Part shown: positions 59,501 to 64,000 of the stretch, one piece after another
Layout of the letters: each line of letters opens with the position of its first letter
Numbering within the stretch: the first letter of the stretch is position 1
NCBI RefSeq assembly: GCF_037042905.1
Contig: NC_087252.1
Span: 4,590,001 to 4,654,000 of the forward strand
Source of the DNA: Lytechinus pictus
Lineage: Eukaryota
Reading direction: 5' to 3'
Length of the DNA stretch: 64,000 bases
Notes under the pieces: model-generated
The model's database searches: none
What the model was told of the DNA's origin: nothing
What the model saw: the letters and a program-made list of their open reading frames with translations, nothing else
Translations under genes and position numbers: made by a program

Positions 59501-62500
59501 AATTTATGACTGCTATCCCCCTGTCATAACTTTTGTCATACCTTTTGCTTGTATAAAAGGATTACGCGCATCTAAAGCAGCGTATTTTTGGTGCGCGCTA
59601 AAGAGCTGAGACGAAATTTATGACAATTTTTGTGACAAAAGTTATGACATCCACCAGAATACCGATTTTGTCATACAGTGTATCTCTGAGAAAAGATAAT
59701 ATATGGAGAAAAGACAATGTTCAGAATACCGCCCCAGGATACCTCTCCTCCACAATCTACCGATTCGTCCAGCCATCCCCTTACCTATGCTTTTATTCCT
59801 ATTGACTTTCCATGTCAAGATGCCATCATGGATCATCTTATATTGCGTCAGGCAGAAGTTCTTGTAATCCGTGACTAGAGGATTGTTGGACTTGTCCAGT
59901 GGTGTCCTATCCATCTTCGAGTCGTAGTCTGCAAGACGGAACCTGTTCTCACTCTCCTTCACAGCTTGGTTGACGTACGACAAGATCTCCTTGCTTTTGT
60001 CTAAGGCGCGTCCGAGTCGCTCGTACTCTGGACTTTTTGCTGTCAAGTAAAAGAGTAACGGTAAAATCTTGGAAAAGGTGCAAGTAATTTTAGCAAAGAA
60101 AAAGGGGACATGAAACATAAATGTAGATTTACATAGCAGGATAGATGTGTGATATCTATATGCTTGTACCCGATTTCCAGCTGCCGAGCAAAACAGGAAA
60201 ACTCCCATGTCTAGAAACACCTATGAATCGTCAACCCAATGCTGAACACAATGCAACACCCACTGTTTCAAAATTCTTGATACTGCCCAAACAGACTATC
60301 AACTTAGGATCAAAGGACTTTTCATCGAATAGAGAAAGCCCCATCTCAACTAACAGAAGTACAATTACCAAAAAAGGTTAAAGATGCACATAATTTTGCA
60401 TGTGCATGTCGGGCCAAAATTTGCTTAACAAAACACTTTCAATACAATTATGTTCTCACAAAATACCCCGGCCTAGTTAGAGTTAAAACAAACATCTGGG
60501 ACTGCATAAGGGGGCACTTACCAGGTGTGTACTTGAGTAGATTTTCTATGAGTAGAGGATATTTGGTTAATCTTTGGTATCCGGTAGCAACAATGCCTGG
60601 CAGTGGTAATCTCCTACATAATGAATTCCCTTCAGCTTCCTGTATCCAACAAACAAAAAAAAATCACAATACGTGCATATCAAAGTTTTAAAAATATTGA
60701 CCTAAAAATCTTGTGGAAATCTGTTGAAATCTGAAAATGCTTTGTTTTAGCCTCCAGTTCATGGTTACAGTATTAACAGTAACAATTTCACGACAACCTT
60801 AGAAGCAAATCTTAGCTTGAAATCACGCATTATGTGATGTCTTTAATTTTAATTCATATTCATCGTATGCCATTATTGTTGGGAAGAAGTTGACCTAAAA
60901 GCCAGTTTATAGTTACATGTACCTCTTGGGAAAGTTTGTACAATTGACCTTTCCTTTCTTTCATTATGATAGGCAGATTTCAAAGCAAGATATTATACAT
61001 GCTAGCATGACATAGCAGGATGCACAAATTGTATAGACCAGGTGACTAGAATGGCACATCAATGAACGCTTGAAGGTATTTGTTGCATTTCCTTTATAAA
61101 TGCATACGCGTGTTGCTATTACAATGTACATGGCAAACTGTTAAATACAAGTTGCTAATGGATGCATTGTTGCTTTCCGGTGGACATGAATAATCAAGAC
61201 ATCAAAATTGGTGCTTATCTCATTGAATATTAAACCACCATGACTGTGTCAATGCCACAAGACCATGATGAAAAATAACCTCGCTCATCATGTTTGATGA
61301 AATAAAAGAATAAATTACAAATTATTGATTTTCAAAGAAGAAAAGATAATTTTCTAAACTCACATCCATGAATCTTGATAAGGAGCCCTCCTTCTTGTCC
61401 TTTTCTTTCTCCTTCTCCTTCTTAACAAGTTTCTTGAGATGCTCCATGGCTATAGTCTGGTTCTGACAAAACACTGCACACACTCTCTTCATCGTCTCCC
61501 CTGCCTCACCATTAAACTAATGAGAAAAAAGGCAAAGGAAAATAGGGGTTAAAAATATTCTGCTAATATGAGCTTGTCATATTTAGGGAATATTGGATGG
61601 CCTTGAGTGGGATGCGTAGAAATATTGTACGAGCTGAAGAACAATATTGGATGAGTCGGAGACGAATCCAATATTGTTATTCAGCGAGTAACAATATTTC
61701 TACGCATCCCCACGAAACATTGGTCGTCCAATATCATTAATATTATTTGGATACCCCACAAAGCTAAACATAAATTAATAAAGCAAAAAAACGTTCTTCT
61801 TTACCATTTTATGTAAATCTTGTAATGAGCATGGCTACTGAGTATTGCCATTTTTAAAAAGAAATCTCTGTAAAGACGCGCTAGCGTATAGTGCAAGCGC
61901 ATTTGAGTTCAATAAACTGACGCAATCTCGTTCCTTTGCCACACCTCCTGGCAACTAATATGCAATGCAATTTCATTGTGACGTAACAACAGCGCAAAAT
62001 CATGTATTTACCAATGATAATTTTGTGGGCGGGGCAAAATATTCATGGACGGTTTTCATAGGCATACACGTTAAAAATCAGTTTTTAATATTTTGTCTCT
62101 TTGAAACAACCTTGTAAGACGTCAAAAAATATCTGCGCCTCTAAAACCCTACATCTAAATAATAATTAACCATATTTTTTGCAATAAATAAGAATTGAGA
62201 GATAATGCAGGTTTTTTTTTTTCAAGGATTATTTTCTTTCAAGTCCTGTGCAACTTTCGCTAAAAAAAAACGAGATGCCTGGGCACACTTAAGCACATGT
62301 AAGCTTGTATGAATAGTCAGATTTTGAAACCCGTTTATAATTTCTCTAAATATAACATACCCTTTCCAAAAGTATCTGGCTGACTTCTTGGATAATATGC
62401 GACGTTCTCTTTTCCCGCTTCATGGCGTTATTTAGAGTCCCATGAATTTCAATCATTTCATCAATGTTTGGGAAGATGAAGTTGATGGTTTCTCTCGTCA

Positions 62501-63633
62501 GACCTACGATCTCCTGATCTAACATGGGTAGGTAGAAGACCTTTCTTAGAACCTTGAGACTTCTGACATGGGTCTTTTCAGTATGGAAAAGTTCTGTCAG
62601 AAAAAAAAAAGATATAGTATGATATCAAAGGTAAATTAAAGTATTATAGCAAACACTTCTTTCATGAAAAGGTCTTTAAAATCAATGTTAATTATCATCA
62701 TATCGTGACAGATCTAGATCTGGGGCCCGTCTTACAAAGAGTTGCGACTGATCCAATTAATGGCAACTATGGAAAGCCAGATGCATGTTTGTTCCAAAAA
62801 AAATTCTAGATATGAATGTATATCCAATTGAGTTCTTGACAATTTGGTGTGATCTCCTTGGTTTACAAAGGACATTTTGCAAATTTCCTGTAGAAAAAAT
62901 TATGACACTGATGGATTTCCATAGAGTTACGATTGATTGGATAAATCGTAACTCTTTGTTAGACGGGGCCCTGGTTTATTTTACATAAAATCAACTTTGT
63001 GAAATCAAGAAATCTAAACAGGAAAAATTACCACACTGAAGATCTCCAACACAGATACGCACATGTGGGACAATGTATTATTACTGCTTGCAATAAGATT
63101 CAACATCTGACTAGAATGCAATGCTTGGTTTCACAGCAATTACACATTTTCTACCATAATCATTTGGCAAACGTTTTTTTTTTCTATTTATACATATGAA
63201 CACTGGGGATTTAATTGCATGCTGTTCAAGCACACTTTCAGATCATTATTCAACCAAAAAGAGTTCCAACCTCAAATGACAGGCTTACTTCATTAGGCTT
63301 TCTCATCCTACCAGATTCCCATTCAACGCCTGGGTGGGGAGTGGCAAATTGTTTATTGATGCCTTGCCAAGGACATTAACCCGCCGGTGGGATCCAAACA
63401 AGCAACCCTCTCATTATTAGAGGATAGTTAGGACCATGACACCAAGGGCTCAAGACTTACCGTTGATGACCTCTTGCCTTTTAACTTCCTTTGGTTTGAG
63501 CTTCCTAACGATATCTTTGTCAATCATCTTCTGCCAGTTAGGTGTGTTTGCCTCGGCTTCAATGTCTGAATCGTCCTCCTCAACGGCTCGCGATAGATGT
63601 TCTAATGATGTCCTCGGCGAGTCCTGACTTCGA
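38531..63633 (-). CDS. ARHGEF12: Rho guanine nucleotide exchange factor 11/12-like (LARG/PDZ-RhoGEF family), 3' portion; 5' end outside window
   Basis: DH: EVKRQEVINELFHTEKTHVRSLKVL...CRRLPL...QRLTKYPLLIENLLKYT...LSYVNQAVKESEN. PH: SPIIKLSTVLCRPVATNKKAFFLVS...GPQIYEL. These closely resemble LARG/PDZ-RhoGEF; exons are phase-consistent. Symbol is best family match (probably co-ortholog of ARHGEF11 and 12). Confidence 0.88.
39302..39605. mobile_element. Two nested copies of one MITE family in opposite orientation
   Basis: Inner copy ~39421-39576 interrupts an inverted outer copy. Confidence 0.65.
40545..40843. mobile_element. Two adjacent MITEs with ggcccc(g/a)taacacaaag TIRs
   Basis: gggccccataacacaaag ... 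ctttgtgttacgggcccc, then gccccgtaacacaaag ... gttatggagcccc. Confidence 0.65.
41417..41810. mobile_element. Kolobok-like MITE
   Basis: TTAA TSD; termini AGCTAAAT / ATTTAGCT. Confidence 0.7.
43820..43866 (-). CDS. Putative alternative C-terminal coding exon GGLLARAKRVFQEWV* (exon continues to donor at 43783)
   Basis: Strong acceptor tttttttttctcag, phase-1 compatible, donor gtatgt 37 nt after stop. Confidence 0.55.
45670..45842. mobile_element. MITE
   Basis: gctcctgcgacaattgct / agcaattgtcgcaggagc; partial copy at ~14901. Confidence 0.6.
45952..47215 (-). CDS. RhoGEF large exon: coiled coil and acidic disordered tail (reads on to stop at 45941 if unspliced)
   Basis: 415-aa ORF in track; acceptor cag next to 47215; potential donor CAAG/gtttgt at 45952. 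Confidence 0.88.
47330..47500 (-). mobile_element. RTE-type LINE 3' remnant
   Basis: RPQITWKDMVKKE motif in the ORF track. Confidence 0.5.
47620..47702 (-). CDS. RhoGEF exon (coiled-coil start)
   Basis: DEAVGESTENALLVKALNLLAKQLAELN; cag/gtaag. Confidence 0.85.
47839..48203 (+). mobile_element. tRNA-derived SINE with CORE-like body and L2-type tail
   Basis: A box tggtgtagtagtt, B box ggtttgaatcc, tgtcctttggcaaggcac...aaatgggtgcc, tail gtaaagtgcttaga...(att)n. Confidence 0.75.
48540..48935. repeat. Left subterminal tandem repeat of the 7.4-kb element
   Basis: aaagggcgaatgggtagtaaggcgtg..tgcataaacggagaga units. Confidence 0.8.
50048..50165. mobile_element. hAT-like hairpin MITE
   Basis: CAGTGG...CCACTG, near-complete fold-back, perfect 8-bp TSD ccaatgac. 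Confidence 0.85.
50273..50482. mobile_element. hAT-like MITE
   Basis: CAGGGGCGGATCCA ... TGGATTCGCGCATG; 8-bp TSD gaagtggg/taagtggg (7 of 8 match). Confidence 0.75.
50905..51033. mobile_element. Harbinger-like MITE
   Basis: TIR cagtcacatttccc / gggaaatgtgactg; partial copy at ~42984-43096. Confidence 0.65.
55175..55410. repeat. Right subterminal ~47-bp tandem repeat of the 7.4-kb element
   Basis: attcgcccttttattagccgttttgtagccgttttccacaagggaggt units. Confidence 0.85.
55612..55690 (-). CDS. RhoGEF exon
   Basis: VPGEEASISERLQSSLHIVNRSIPVL; cag/gtgag. Confidence 0.82.
55885..56045 (+). mobile_element. RTE-type LINE 3' remnant
   Basis: RPKGTRRKTIEEEM...TW...AQYRGNW...VEALC resembles the RTE ORF C-terminus. 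Confidence 0.6.
56287..56351 (-). CDS. RhoGEF exon
   Basis: ETKSDSESTEDIRTALEKSINQ; tag/gtgag. Confidence 0.78.
56823..56917 (-). CDS. RhoGEF exon
   Basis: AEKPEINEPPEVVNNVVIAPQPEVVTLNNSS; cag/gtcag, phases fit. Confidence 0.8.
57165..57312 (+). mobile_element. RTE-type LINE 3' remnant
   Basis: ESRRVGLRMEDAVNGAKWREGVRAI* followed by a short 3'UTR. Confidence 0.55.
57532..57699 (+). mobile_element. 7SL-RNA-derived SINE-like element with DeuSINE-like segment and (CA)n tail
   Basis: ACTGGGCACTGTGGCGTGCGCCTGTAATCCAGGCT resembles the 7SL/Alu 5' end; B-box-like GGTTCGAGG; gtctttcagatgatgacgtgaaagcatggtccc; ends in cacacacac. Confidence 0.62.
57716..57944 (-). CDS. RhoGEF exon (PH end)
   Basis: NKKAFFLVSTSSAAGPQIYELCTNSSQERQSWMDVI...YEETSK. 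Confidence 0.93.
58157..58332. mobile_element. MITE (same family as 12821-12976, opposite orientation)
   Basis: Same TIRs, inverted core. Confidence 0.8.
58822..58986 (-). CDS. RhoGEF exon (PH)
   Basis: EVQVLLLEELIVLLSKQDEKLVLK...SPIIKLSTVLCRPVAT. Confidence 0.94.
59785..60039 (-). CDS. RhoGEF exon (DH end, PH start)
   Basis: AKSPEYERLGRALDKSKEILSYVNQAVKESEN...KMIHDGILTWKVNRNKSI. Confidence 0.94.
60522..60639 (-). CDS. RhoGEF exon (DH)
   Basis: EAEGNSLCRRLPLPGIVATGYQRLTKYPLLIENLLKYTP. Confidence 0.94.
61364..61516 (-). CDS. RhoGEF exon (DH)
   Basis: FNGEAGETMKRVCAVFCQNQTIAMEHLKKLVKKEKEKEKDKKEGSLSRFMD. Confidence 0.92.
61581..62165. mobile_element. Palindrome-bearing repeat (possibly Crypton-like non-autonomous element)
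   Basis: ~100-bp hairpin at 61609-61710 near one end; boundaries and family assignment uncertain. Confidence 0.4.
62361..62593 (-). CDS. RhoGEF exon (DH)
   Basis: ELFHTEKTHVRSLKVLRKVFYLPML...IFPNIDEMIEIH...QILLER. Confidence 0.94.
62721..62972. mobile_element. MITE
   Basis: gggcccgtcttacaaagagttgcga / tcgtaactctttgttagacggggccc. Confidence 0.7.
63310..63451 (-). mobile_element. Degenerate tRNA-derived SINE
   Basis: Reverse strand: tggtgtcatggt ... tgtccttggcaaggca ... cacccaggcgttgaatggg. Confidence 0.6.
63461..63633 (-). CDS. RhoGEF exon (pre-DH and DH start)
   Basis: RSQDSPRTSLEHLSRAVEEDDSDIEAEANTPNWQKMIDKDIVRKLKPKEVKRQEVIN. Confidence 0.92.
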
Positions 63634-64000
63634 CTAAGAAACAGAAAACAAAGAATTGTTGGCCTCATCGATATTATAAATAGTATGTCTATTAAGCCCC
63701 TTTCACAATTAATGGTGCGACTGCTTACAACCGTTGCCATTCTGTGCAACATATATTGTGACCAATTGATCGCAAACGATCGTGCAAGCAATTGTGAAAG
63801 CCCCTTTAGACAGAGATTTCTCAAAAACAGTTTGGATATATTTTCTAGTGATGGACATGGCAAGTCCCGACTTCTACGAAGAGCCAACTATTTTAACGCA
63901 ACTGATACATCAAGCGCAAGTCCCTAATACACAGGTTTTATTGGCTGAAAATCAAGTTGTGTTCAATTTTCTTTAATGCGTCTGAACCCGATTCTTTCTC

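Overview
AT-rich, intron-rich animal genomic DNA; the repeat landscape suggests an echinoderm such as a sea urchin (inference). Two convergent spliced genes were reconstructed by hand. (1) On +, a complete ABC half-transporter (NBD then ABC2-type TMD, ABCH / 'ABCG20/23-like') with 20 coding exons at 7696-27917, 748 aa, all introns GT-AG and phase-consistent. (2) On -, the 3' part of an ARHGEF11/12 (PDZ-RhoGEF/LARG)-type RhoGEF (DH-PH, coiled coil, long acidic tail) from 63633 down to 38531; its 5' end lies outside the window. Introns carry many non-autonomous DNA transposons (Harbinger-, hAT-, Kolobok-, EnSpm/CMC-, Helentron-like), SINEs and LINE remnants. Top observations: (a) a SINE-like element with a 7SL-RNA (Alu-domain) head joined to a DeuSINE-like segment at 57532-57699; (b) alternative RhoGEF C-termini, with two separate exons each encoding a 15-aa tail ending E-x-V; (c) a 7.4-kb non-coding transposon whose TIRs start with the RSS heptamer CACAGTG, has a TAA TSD and carries cargo. 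Coordinates were counted manually and may be off by a few bases; no database searches were run.
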